From positions 310,001 to 374,000 of the forward strand of contig JAJCTO010000013.1 in NCBI GenBank assembly GCA_046563655.1: 64,000 bases of DNA, read 5' to 3'. Shown piece after piece: positions 42,201 to 55,237 of this stretch. The translations under genes and the position numbers were made by a program. Under the pieces are notes generated by a model. The model had not been told where the DNA came from and searched no databases. It saw nothing but the letters and a program-made list of their open reading frames with translations. How positions within the stretch are numbered: position 1 is the first letter of the stretch; each line of letters begins with the position of its first letter. This DNA comes from Yuukianura sp. NJ FZ-2021 (lineage: Eukaryota).

Positions 42201-45200
42201 GTCGTAGTGCATCAACGACTATTACACACGGTGAACCACTTGTTGTCAGCCTTCATCTTTGAGCACAAAGGAGAAGTGCCGGTGAAATGACAAGCTCGTC
42301 CTCACTACAGATACCAACCAGTACTCATTTTGACACTATGAATCACAATGACTCAGACGGCAATGGAACTTCAGGGGAAATCCCATTATTACATTGTCTA
42401 AATCAAAATGAAACATTCCGCATTATTTGTTATCTTGATTAGAATTTTTAGGAAATAATTTTTTATGTCGTACAACCACCCTGCACTTCCAATAAAGCAC
42501 ACCTGAATAACTGGTGTTCAACAATAATCTGGAATTATATTTTAGCCCAACTCCACTATGCAACAAGTGCATAAATCTAACTGTCATTTTGGTATAAACT
42601 AATGTGGGAACTATACAACGAAGTTTTAAACATACTGAAAAATGGAATTTATGCCTTGTTATCGCTTCTAACCATCTTCATGGAACGCATCTAATACCGG
42701 TCCACTTTGTCGTAGTGCATCAACGACTATTACACACGGTGAACCACTTGTTGTCAGCCTTCATCTTTGAGCACAAAGGAGAAGTGCCGGTGAAATGACA
42801 AGCTCGTCCTCACTACAGATACCAACCAGTACTCATTTTGACACTATGAATCACAATGACTCAGACGGCAATGGAACTTCAGGGGAAATCCCATTATTAC
42901 ATTGTCTAAATCAAAATGAAACATTCCGCATTATTTGTTATCTTGATTAGAATTTTTAGGAAATAATTTTTTATGTCGTACAACCACCCTGCACTTCCAA
43001 TAAAGCACACCTGAATAACTGGTGTTCAACAATAATCTGGAATTATATTTTAGCCCAACTCCACTATGCAACAAGTGCATAAATCTAACTGTCATTTTGG
43101 TATAAACTAATGTGGGAACTATACAACGAAGTTTTAAACATACTGAAAAATGGAATTTATGCCTTGTTATCGCTTCTAACCATCTTCATGGAACGCATCT
43201 AATACCGGTCCACTTTGTCGTAGTGCATCAACGACTATTACACACGGTGAACCACTTGTTGTCAGCCTTCATCTTTGAGCACAAAGGAGAAGTGCCGGTG
43301 AAATGACAAGCTCGTCCTCACTACAGATACCAACCAGTACTCATTTTGACACTATGAATCACAATGACTCAGACGGCAATGGAACTTCAGGGGAAATCCC
43401 ATTATTACATTGTCTAAATCAAAATGAAACATTCCGCATTATTTGTTATCTTGATTAGAATTTTTAGGAAATAATTTTTTATGTCGTACAACCACCCTGC
43501 ACTTCCAATAAAGCACACCTGAATAACTGGTGTTCAACAATAATCTGGAATTATATTTTAGCCCAACTCCACTATGCAACAAGTGCATAAATCTAACTGT
43601 CATTTTGGTATAAACTAATGTGGGAACTATACAACGAAGTTTTAAACATACTGAAAAATGGAATTTATGCCTTGTTATCGCTTCTAACCATCTTCATGGA
43701 ACGCATCTAATACCGGTCCACTTTGTCGTAGTGCATCAACGACTATTACACACGGTGAACCACTTGTTGTCAGCCTTCATCTTTGAGCACAAAGGAGAAG
43801 TGCCGGTGAAATGACAAGCTCGTCCTCACTACAGATACCAACCAGTACTCATTTTGACACTATGAATCACAATGACTCAGACGGCAATGGAACTTCAGGG
43901 GAAATCCCATTATTACATTGTCTAAATCAAAATGAAACATTCCGCATTATTTGTTATCTTGATTAGAATTTTTAGGAAATAATTTTTTATGTCGTACAAC
44001 CACCCTGCACTTCCAATAAAGCACACCTGAATAACTGGTGTTCAACAATAATCTGGAATTATATTTTAGCCCAACTCCACTATGCAACAAGTGCATAAAT
44101 CTAACTGTCATTTTGGTATAAACTAATGTGGGAACTATACAACGAAGTTTTAAACATACTGAAAAATGGAATTTATGCCTTGTTATCGCTTCTAACCATC
44201 TTCATGGAACGCATCTAATACCGGTCCACTTTGTCGTAGTGCATCAACGACTATTACACACGGTGAACCACTTGTTGTCAGCCTTCATCTTTGAGCACAA
44301 AGGAGAAGTGCCGGTGAAATGACAAGCTCGTCCTCACTACAGATACCAACCAGTACTCATTTTGACACTATGAATCACAATGACTCAGACGGCAATGGAA
44401 CTTCAGGAGAAATCCCATTATTACATTGTCTAAATCAAAATGAAACATTCCGCATTATTTGTTATCTTGATTAGAATTTTTAGGAAATAATTTTTTATGT
44501 CGTACAACCACCCTGCACTTCCAATAAAGCACACCTGAATAACTGGTGTTCAACAATAATCTGGAATTATATTTTAGCCCAACTCCACTATGCAACAAGT
44601 GCATAAATCTAACTGTCATTTTGGTATAAACTAATGTGGGAACTATACAACGAAGTTTTAAACATACTGAAAAATGGAATTTATGCCTTGTTATCGCTTC
44701 TAACCATCTTCATGGAACGCATCTAATACCGGTCCACTTTGTCGTAGTGCATCAACGACTATTACACACAGTGAACCACTTGTTGTCCGCCTTCATCTTT
44801 GAGCACAAAGGAGAAGTGCCGTGAAATGACAAGCTCGTCCTCACTACAGATACCAACCAGTACTCATTTTGACAATATGAATCACAATGACTCAGACGGC
44901 AATGGAACTTCAGGGGAAATCCCATTATTACATTGTCTAAATCAAAATGAAACATTCCGCATTATTTGTTATCTTGATTAGAATTTTTAGGAAATAATTT
45001 TTTATGTCATACTACCACCTTGCACTTCCAATAAAGCACACCTGAATAACTGGTGTTCAACAATAATCTGGAATTATATTTTAGCCCAACTCCACTATGC
45101 AACAAGTGCATAAATCTAACTGTCATTTTGGTATAAACTAATGTGGGAACTATACAACGAAGTTTTAAACATACTGAAAAATGGAATTTATGCCTTGTTA

Positions 45201-48200
45201 TCGCTTCTAACCATCTTCATGGAACGCATCTAATACCGGTCCACTTTGTCGTAGTGCATCAACGACTATTACACACGGTGAACCACTTGTTGTCAGCCTT
45301 CATCTTTGAGCACAAAGGAGAAGTGCCGGTGAAATGACAAGCTCGTCCTCACTACAGATACCAACCAGTACTCATTTTGACACTATGAATCACAATGACT
45401 CAGACGGCAATGGAACTTCAGGGGAAATCCCATTATTACATTGTCTAAATCAAAATGAAACATTCCGCATTATTTGTTATCTTGATTAGAATTTTTAGGA
45501 AATAATTTTTTATGTCGTACAACCACCCTGCACTTCCAATAAAGCACACCTGAATAACTGGTGTTCAACAATAATCTGGAATTATATTTTAGCCCAACTC
45601 CACTATGCAACAAGTGCATAAATCTAACTGTCATTTTGGTATAAACTAATGTGGGAACTATACAACGAAGTTTTAAACATACTGAAAAATGGAATTTATG
45701 CCTTGTTATCGCTTCTAACCATCTTCATGGAACGCATCTAATACCGGTCCACTTTGTCGTAGTGCATCAACGACTATTACACACGGTGAACCACTTGTTG
45801 TCAGCCTTCATCTTTGAGCACAAAGGAGAAGTGCCGGTGAAATGACAAGCTCGTCCTCACTACAGATACCAACCAGTACTCATTTTGACACTATGAATCA
45901 CAATGACTCAGACGGCAATGGAACTTCAGGGAAATCCCATTATTACATTGTCTAAATCAAAATGAAACATTCCGCATTATTTGTTATCTTGATTAGAATT
46001 TTTAGGAAATAATTTTTTATGTCGTACAACCACCCTGCACTTCCAATAAAGCACACCTGAATAACTGGTGTTCAACAATAATCTGGAATTATATTTTAGC
46101 CCAACTCCACTATGCAACAAGTGCATAAATCTAACTGTCATTTTGGTATAAACTAATGTGGGAACTATACAACGAAGTTTTAAACATACTGAAAAATGGA
46201 ATTTATGCCTTGTTATCGCTTCTAACCATCTTCATGGAACGCATCTAATACCGGTCCACTTTGTCGTAGTGCATCAACGACTATTACACACGGTGAACCA
46301 CTTGTTGTCAGCCTTCATCTTTGAGCACAAAGGAGAAGTGCCGGTGAAATGACAAGCTCGTCCTCACTACAGATACCAACCAGTACTCATTTTGACACTA
46401 TGAATCACAATGACTCAGACGGCAATGGAACTTCAGGGAAATCCCATTATTACATTGTCTAAATCAAAATGAAACATTCCGCATTATTTGTTATCTTGAT
46501 TAGAATTTTTAGGAAATAATTTTTTATGTCGTACAACCACCCTGCACTTCCAATAAAGCACACCTGAATAACTGGTGTTCAACAATAATCTGGAATTATA
46601 TTTTAGCCCAACTCCACTATGCAACAAGTGCATAAATCTAACTGTCATTTTGGTATAAACTAATGTGGGAACTATACAACGAAGTTTTAAACATACTGAA
46701 AAATGGAATTTATGCCTTGTTATCGCTTCTAACCATCTTCATGGAACGCATCTAATACCGGTCCACTTTGTCGTAGTGCATCAACGACTATTACACACGG
46801 TGAACCACTTGTTGTCAGCCTTCATCTTTGAGCACAAAGGAGAAGTGCCGGTGAAATGACAAGCTCGTCCTCACTACAGATACCAACCAGTACTCATTTT
46901 GACACTATGAATCACAATGACTCAGACGGCAATGGAACTTCAGGGGAAATCCCATTATTACATTGTCTAAATCAAAATGAAACATTCCGCATTATTTGTT
47001 ATCTTGATTAGAATTTTTAGGAAATAATTTTTTATGTCGTACAACCACCCTGCACTTCCAATAAAGCACACCTGAATAACTGGTGTTCAACAATAATCTG
47101 GAATTATATTTTAGCCCAACTCCACTATGCAACAAGTGCATAAATCTAACTGTCATTTTGGTATAAACTAATGTGGGAACTATACAACGAAGTTTTAAAC
47201 ATACTGAAAAATGGAATTTATGCCTTGTTATCGCTTCTAACCATCTTCATGGAACGCATCTAATACCGGTCCACTTTGTCGTAGTGCATCAACGACTATT
47301 ACACACGGTGAACCACTTGTTGTCAGCCTTCATCTTTGAGCACAAAGGAGAAGTGCCGGTGAAATGACAAGCTCGTCCTCACTACAGATACCAACCAGTA
47401 CTCATTTTGACACTATGAATCACAATGACTCAGACGGCAATGGAACTTCAGGGGAAATCCCATTATTACATTGTCTAAATCAAAATGAAACATTCCGCAT
47501 TATTTGTTATCTTGATTAGAATTTTTAGGAAATAATTTTTTATGTCGTACTACCACCTTGCACTTCCAATAAAGCACACCTGAATAACTGGTGTTCAACA
47601 ATAATCTGGAATTATATTTTAGCCCAACTCCACTATGCAACAAGTGCATAAATCTAACTGTCATTTTGGTATAAACTAATGTGGGAACTATACAACGAAG
47701 TTTTAAACATACTGAAAAATGGAATTTATGCCTTGTTATCGCTTCTAACCATCTTCATGGAACGCATCTAATACCGGTCCACTTTGTCGTAGTGCATCAA
47801 CGACTATTACACACGGTGAACCACTTGTTGTCAGCCTTCATCTTTGAGCACAAAGGAGAAGTGCCGTGAAATGACAAGCTCGTCCTCACTACAGATACCA
47901 ACCAGTACTCATTTTGACACTATGAATCACAATGACTCAGACGGCAATGGAACTTCAGGGGAAATCCCATTATCACATTGTCTAAATCAAAATCGAACAT
48001 TCCGCATTATTTGTTATTTTGATTAAAATTTTTAGGAAATAATTTTTTATGTCGTACAACCACCCTGCACTTCCAATAAAGCACACCTGAATAACTGGTG
48101 TTCAACAATAATCTGGAATTATATTTTAGCCCAACTCCACTATGCAACAAGTGCATAAATCTAACTGTCATTTTGGTATAAACTAATGTGGGAACTATAC

Positions 48201-48515
48201 AACGAAGTTTTAAACATACTGAAAAATGGAATTTATGCCTTGTTATCGCTTCTAACCATCTTCATGGAACGCATCTAATACCGGTCCACTTTGTCGTAGT
48301 GCATCAACGACTATTACACACAGTGAACCACTTGTTGTCCGCCTTCATCTTTGAGCACAAAGGAGAAGTGCCGTGAAATGACAAGCTCGTCCTCACTACA
48401 GATACCAACCAGTACTCATTTTGACAATATGAATCACAATGACTCAGACGGCAATGGAACTTCAGGGGAAATCCCATTATTACATTGTCTAAATCAAAAT
48501 CGAACACTCAGCATT

Positions 48516-49464
48516 AGACAATTTCGGTTTTCTGAAAAACGGATGGTAGACTGTGATGGTGATGGTAGCTACAATCCTACCATCCGAATTGAGAGTATTT
48601 TGGGCCTTTTTCTGAAACCCGTCTCTGCTCCTGACGGGACGGTAGGAGTCCCTTTGTGTTGGGGGAGAATGAGACTTTCGGTGCCCGCGAAAACGAAATT
48701 GAGTTTTAAATTCACGGTTGAAGTAAACTTTATGGTGTCACTTGTACCCGTGAGTAAAAAAGGCGTGTCTTCCAGGTGAGGTTACGTATGTAACCGTCGG
48801 TTGTTTTTTCGACGGAAAAGTTGGAGTAAGCTGGAGTTGTTCCTGTTGTACCCACAGTAACCACTGACGTCATGTAAACTGTATGTTTGCAATGACGTCG
48901 GTGGTTACGTTGTGGAACGTCATATGATCACTGCGTGGTTACATTGTGGCTGGTCATGGTATTTAATGTCAGTGGTTACAATTGATGTCAGTGGTTACAA
49001 TTGACGTCAGTGGTTACAAATGAGGTCAGTGGTTACAAATGACGTCACGTCAGTGGTTACAAATGGCGTCAGTGGTTACAAATGACCTCACGTCAGTGGT
49101 TACACATGGCGTCAGTGGTTACAAATGACGTCAGTAGTTACAAATGGCGTAAGTGCTTACAGATGACGTCGGTGGTTACAAATGACGTCAGTGGTTACAC
49201 ATGATTGTAACCACCCAATGTATATCCGGGTATATTGATTTTTTAATAAAACGTATATGCGACAATGTTTACAGCGTTTGTTTACAAGAGAAACATTTCG
49301 GGTTCACCTTAACCGGGATTCGAATTGGGCGCAAAAAATTAACTTAGTAGTACCATCCACCATACTTCAAAACCGAAACTGTTTTTGCTACCGTCTGGTA
49401 TTGTGGATTGAAACTTGTAGCACAATCCACCATCACCATCACCGTCAGAAAACCGAAATTACCT
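48516..49464. mobile_element. 949-bp non-autonomous TIR DNA transposon (MITE) with a likely 3-bp TSD ATT
   Basis: Left end AGACAATTTCGGTTTTCTGA; the reverse complement of the right end is AGGTAATTTCGGTTTTCTGA (18/20 match). The subterminal motif GTGATGGTGATGGT..GCTACAA is also inverted at both ends. The empty site GCATTATTTG is duplicated as ATT (48513-15 and 49465-67). No transposase ORF. An AWT TSD would fit some PIF/Harbinger-group elements (tentative). Confidence 0.85.
48968..49205 (+). repeat. 19-bp minisatellite (GTCAGTGGTTACAAATGAC), about 12 units, inside the MITE
   Basis: Units start at about 48968, 48987, 49006, 49025, 49049, 49068, 49092, 49111, 49130, 49149, 49168 and 49187; two units carry a 5-bp insert. 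Inverted partial copies occur at about 48857-48873 and 49207-49215. Confidence 0.95.
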
Positions 49465-52400
49465 ATTATTTGTTATCTTGATTAGAATTTTTAGGAAATA
49501 CTTTTTTATGTCATACTACCACCTTGCACTTCCAATAAAGCACACCTGAATAACTGGTGTTCAACAATAATATGGAATTATATTTTAGCCCAACTCCACT
49601 ATGCAACAAGTGCATAAATCTAACTGTCATTTTGGTATAAACTAATGTGCGACCTATACAACGAAGTTTTAGACATACTGAAAAATGGAATTTATGCCTT
49701 GTTATCGCTTATAACCATCTTCATGGAACGCATCTTATACCGGTCCACTTTGTCGTAGTGCATCAACGACTATTACACGCAGTGTACCACTTGTTATCAG
49801 CCTTCATCTTTGAGCAAAACGTATAAGTGCCGGTGAAATGGCAAGCTCGCCCTCACTCCAGATACCAACCAGTACTCATTTTGACACTATGAATCACAAT
49901 GACTCAGACGGCAATGGAACTTCATGGGAAGTCCCATTATTACATTTTCTAAATCAAAATCGAACACTCAGCATTATTTGTTATCTTGATTAGAATTTTT
50001 AGGAAATACTTTTTTATGTCATACTACCACCTTGCACTTCCAATAAAGCACACCTGAATAACTGGTGTTCAACAATAATATGGAATTATATTTTAGCCCA
50101 ACTCCACTATGCAACAAGTGCATAAATCTAACTGTCATTTTGGTATAAACTAATGTGCGACCTATACAACGAAGTTTTAGACATACTGAAAAATGGAATT
50201 TATGCCTTGTTATCGCTTATAACCATCTTCATGGAACGCATCTTATACCGGTCCACTTTGTCGTAGTGCATCAACGACTATTACACACAGTGAACCACTT
50301 GTTATCAGCCTTCATCTTTGAGCAAAAAGTATAAGTGCCGTTGAAATGGCAAGCTCGCCCTCACTCCAGATACCAACCAGTACTCATTTTGACACTATGA
50401 ATCACAATGACTCAGACGGCAATGGAACTTCACGGGAAGTCACATTATTACATTTTCTAAATCAAAACCGAACATTCAGCATTATTTGTTATCTTGATTA
50501 GAATTCTCAGGAAATATTTTTTTATGTTTTAGTACCACCTTGCACTTCCAATAAAGCACACCTGAATAACTGGTGTCCAACAATAATCTGGAATTATATT
50601 TTAGCCCAACTCCACTATGCAACAAGTGCATAAATCTAACTGTCATTTTAGTATAAACTAATGTGCGAACTATACAACGAAGTTTTAAACATACTGAAAA
50701 ATGGAATCTATGCCTTGTTATCGCTTATAACCATCTTCATGATACGCATCTAATACCGGTCCACTTTGTCGTAGTGCATCAACGACTATTACACACAGTG
50801 AACCACTTGTTGTCAGCCTTCATCTTTGAGCACAAACGAGATGTGCCGGTGAAATAACAAGCTCGCCCTCACTACAGATACCAACCAGTACTCATTTTGA
50901 CACTATGAACCGCAGTGACTCAGACGGCAATGGAACTTCAGGGGAAATCCCATTATTACATTTTCTAAATCAAAATCGAACATTCAGCATTGTTTGTTAT
51001 CTTGATTAATATTTTTAGGAAATACTTTTTTATGTCATACTACCACCTTGCACTTCCAATAAAGCACACCTGAATAACTGGTGTTCAACAGTAATCTGGA
51101 ATTATATTATAGCCCAACTCCACTATGCAACAAGTGCATAAATCTAACTGTCATTTTGGTATAAACTAATGTGGGAACTATACAACGAAGTTTTAAACTT
51201 ACTGAAAAATGGAATTTATGCCTTGTTATCGCTTATAACCATCTTCATGGAACGCATCTTATACCGGTCCACTTTGTCGTAGTGCATCAACGACTATTAC
51301 ACACAGTGAACCACTTGTTGTCAGCCTTCATCTTTGAGCAAAAAGGAGAAGTGCCGGTGAATTGGCAAGTTCGCCCTCACTCCAGATACCAACCAGTACT
51401 CATTTTGACACTATGAATCACAATGACTCAGACGGCAATGGAACTTCATGGGAAGTCCCATTATTACATTTTCTAAATCAAAATCGAACGCTCAGCATTA
51501 TTTGTTATCTTGATTAGAATTTTTAGGAAATACTTTTTTATGTCATACTACCACCTTGCACTTCCAATAAAGCACACCTGAATAACTGGTGTTCAACAAT
51601 AATATGGAATTATATTTTAGCCCAACTCCACTATGCAACAAGTGCATAAATCTAACTGTCATTTTAGTATAAACTAATGTGCGAACTATACAACGAAGTT
51701 TTAAACATACTGAAAAATGGAATCTATGCCTTGTTATCGCTTATAACCATCTTCATGATACGCATCTAATACCGGTCCACTTTGTCGTAGTGCATCAACG
51801 ACTATTACACACAGTGAACCACTTGTTATCAGCCTTCATCTTTGAGCAAAAAGGAGAAGTGCCGGTGAAATGACAAGCTCGCCCTCACTTCAGATACCAA
51901 CCAGTACTCATTTTGACACTATGAATCGCAATGACTCAGACGGCAATGGAACTTCAGGGGAAACCCCATTATTACATTTTCTAAATCAAAATCGAACATT
52001 CAGCATTGTTTGTTATCTTGATTAAATTTTTTAGGAAATACTTTTTTGTGTCATACTACCAACTTGCACTTCCAATAAAGCACACCTGAATAACTGGTGT
52101 TCAACAATAATATGGAATTATATTTTAGCCCAACTCCACTATGCAACAAGTGCATAAATCTAACTGTCATTTTGGTATAAACTAATGTGCGAACTATACA
52201 ACGAAGTTTTAAACATACTGAAAAATGGAATCTATGCCTTGTTATCGCTTATAACCATCTTGATGATACGCATCTAATACCGGTCCACTTTGTCGTAGTG
52301 CATCAACGACTATTACACACAGTGAACCACTTGTTATCAGCCTTCATCTTTGAGCAAAAAGTATAAGTGCCGGTGAAATGGCAAGCTCGCCCTCACTCCA

Positions 52401-55237
52401 GATACCAACCAGTACTCATTTTGACACTATGAATCACAATGACTCAGACGGCAATGGAACTTCACGGGAAGTCACATTATTACATTTTCTAAATCAAAAT
52501 CGAACATTCAGCATTATTTGTTATCTTGATTAGAATTCTCAGGAAATACTTTTTTATGTTTTAGTACCACCTTGCACTTCCAATAAAGCACACCTGAATA
52601 ACTGGTGTTCAACAATAATCTGGAATTATATTTTAGCCCAACTCCACTATGCAACAAGTGCATAAATCTAACTGTCATTTTGGTATAAACTAATGTGCGA
52701 ACTATACAACGAAGTTTTAAACATACTGAAAAATGGAATCTATGCCTTGTTATCGCTTATAACCATCTTCATGATACGCATCTAATACCGGTCCACTTTG
52801 TCGTAGTGCATCAACGACTATTACACACAGTGAACCACTTGTTGTCAGCCTTCATCTTTGAGCACAAACGAGATGTGCCGGTGAAATAACAAGCTCGCCC
52901 TCACTACAGATACCAACCAGTACTCATTTTGACACTATGAACCGCAGTGACTCAGACGGCAATGGAACTTCAGGGAAATCCCATTATTACATTTTCTAAA
53001 TCAAAATCGAACATTCAGCATTGTTTGTTATCTTGATTAATATTTTTAGGAAATACTTTTTTATGTCATACTACCACCTTGCACTTCCAATAAAGCACAC
53101 CTGAATAACTGGTGTTCAACAATAATATGGAATTATATTTTAGCCCAACTGCACTATGCAACAAGTGCATAAATCTAACTGTCATTTTGGTATAAACTAA
53201 TGTGGGAACTATACAACGAAGTTTTAAACTTACTGAAAAATAGAATTTATGCCTTGTTATCGCTTATAACCATCTTCATGGAACGCATCTAATACCGGTC
53301 CACTTTGTCGTAGTGCATCAACGACTATTACACACAGTGAACCACTTGTTGTCAGCCTTCATCTTTGAGCAAAAAGGAGAAGTGCCGGTGAATTGGCAAG
53401 TTCGCCCTCACTCCAGATACCAACCAGTACTCATTTTGACACTATGAATCACAATGACTCAGACGGCAATGGAACTTCATGGGAAGTCAAATTATTACAT
53501 TTTCTAAATCAAAATCGAACACTCAGCATTATTTGTTATCTTGATTAGAATTTTTAGGAAATACTTTTTTATGTCATACTACCACCTTGCACTTCCAATA
53601 AAGCACACCTGAATAACTGGTGTTCAACAATAATATGGAATTATATTTTAGCCCAACTCCACTATGCAACAAGTGCATAAATCTAACTGTCATTTTGGTA
53701 TAAACTAATGTGCGAACTATACAACGAAGTTTTAAACATACTGAAAAATGGAATCTATGCCTTGTTATCGCTTATAACCATCTTCATGATACGCATCTAA
53801 TACCGGTCCACTTTGTCGTAGTGCATCAACGACTATTACACACAGTGAACCACTTGTTATCAGCCTTCATCTTTGAGCAAAAAGGAGAAGTGCCGGTGAA
53901 ATGACAAGCTCGCCCTCACTTCAGATACCAACCAGTACTCATTTTGACACTTTGAATCGCAATGACTCAGACGGCAATGGAACTTCAGGGGAAACCCCAT
54001 TATTACATTTTCTAAATCAAAATCGAACATTCAGCATTGTTTGTTATCTTGATTAAATTTTTTAGGAAATACTTTTTTGTGTCATACTACCAACTTGCAC
54101 TTCCAATAAAGCACACCTGAATAACTGGTGTTCAACAATAATATGGAATTATATTTTAGCCCAACTCCACTATGCAACAAGTGCATAAATCTAACTGTCA
54201 TTTTGGTATAAACTAATGTGCGAACTATACAACGAAGTTTTAAACATACTGAAAAATGGAATCTATGCCTTGTTATCGCTTATAACCATCTTGATGATAC
54301 GCATCTAATACCGGTCCACTTTGTCGTAGTGCATCAACGACTATTACACACAGTGAACCACTTGTTATCAGCCTTCATCTTTGAGCAAAAAGGAGAAGTG
54401 CCGGTGAAATGACAAGCTCGCCCTCACTTCAGATACCAACCAGTACTCATTTTGACACTATGAATCGCAATGACTCAGACGGCAATGGAACTTCAGGGGA
54501 AACCCCATTATTACATTTTCTAAATCAAAATCGAACATTCAGCATTGTTTGTTATCTTGATTAAATTTTTTAGGAAATACTTTTTTGTGTCATACTACCA
54601 ACTTGCACTTCCAATAAAGCACACCTGAATAACTGGTGTTCAACAATAATATGGAATTATATTTTAGCCCAACTCCACTATGCAACAAGTGCATAAATCT
54701 AACTGTCATTTTGGTATAAACTAATGTGCGAACTATACAACGAAGTTTTAAACATACTGAAAAATGGAATCTATGCCTTGTTATCGCTTATAACCATCTT
54801 CATGATACGCATCTAATACCGGTCCACTTTGTCGTAGTGCATCAACGACTATTACACACAGTGAACCACTTGTTATCAGCCTTCATCTTTGAGCAAAAAG
54901 GAGAAGTGCCGGTGAAATGACAAGCTCGCCCTCACTTCAGATACCAACCAGTACTCATTTTGACACTATGAATCGCAATGACTCAGACGGCAATGGAACT
55001 TCAGGGGAAACCCCATTATTACATTTTCTAAATCAAAATCGAACATTCAGCATTGTTTGTTATCTTGATTAAATTTTTTAGGAAATACTTTTTTGTGTCA
55101 TACTACCAACTTGCACTTCCAATAAAGCACACCTGAATAACTGGTGTTCAACAATAATATGGAATTATATTTTAGCCCAACTCCACTATGCAACAAGTGC
55201 ATAAATCTAACTGTCATTTTGGTATAAACTAATGTGC
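49465..55237. repeat. Right diverged layer of the 508-bp satellite, with a 4-monomer (~2032-bp) higher-order repeat
   Basis: Diagnostic monomer types: A (CACGGGAAGTCAC, TTCTCAGG, TGTTTTAGT), B (AAACGAGATGTG, AACCGCAGTG), C (AAACTTACT, AATTGGCAAGTT) and D (CACTTCAG, AATCGC, AAACCCC, CCAACTTG). They occur as A'ABCD-ABCD-DD; the B units are at 50663 and 52695. Confidence 0.88.

Larger units (their letters stand above)
8300..48512. repeat. Highly homogeneous core layer of the 508-bp satellite
   Basis: Monomers are nearly identical, with alleles GCTTCTAAC, GAGCACAAAG, CGTCCTC, ATTGTCT, ATGAAAC and AAATAATT. From about 12 kb onward most units have GTCGTACAACCACCCTG instead of GTCATACTACCACCTTG. 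Confidence 0.9.
1..55237. repeat. Tandem satellite DNA array, ~508-bp monomer (505-509 bp variants), about 105 copies
   Basis: The landmark GGTATAAACTAATGTG(G/C)GAACTATACAACG recurs every 505-509 bp (ORF-track starts 137, 643, 1151 ... 54726), all in one orientation. The array runs off the left edge. Copy number is estimated from length minus insertions. Confidence 0.99.

Noticed and set aside
9715..46445. 507- versus 508-bp monomers (GGG vs GGGG before AAATCCC) as a periodic code or HOR marker
   Set aside because: Spacing is irregular, and the difference lies in a homopolymer, a typical site of long-read error or slippage.
48968..49205. 19-bp repeats as a CRISPR array
   Set aside because: The repeats are contiguous with no unique spacers, there are no cas genes, and the context is a eukaryotic transposon.
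48351..49481. 142-aa and 74-aa ORFs overlapping the MITE as a possible transposase
   Set aside because: They are read-through products of satellite/MITE junctions with no DDE or DNA-binding motif.
137..54920. Roughly 100 copies of a 64-aa ORF (MGTIQRSFKHTEKW...) as a tandem gene family
   Set aside because: It starts at GTG, has no recognisable domain, is broken by stops or frameshifts in several units, and its variants are largely non-synonymous. Identity between copies is explained by satellite homogenisation.
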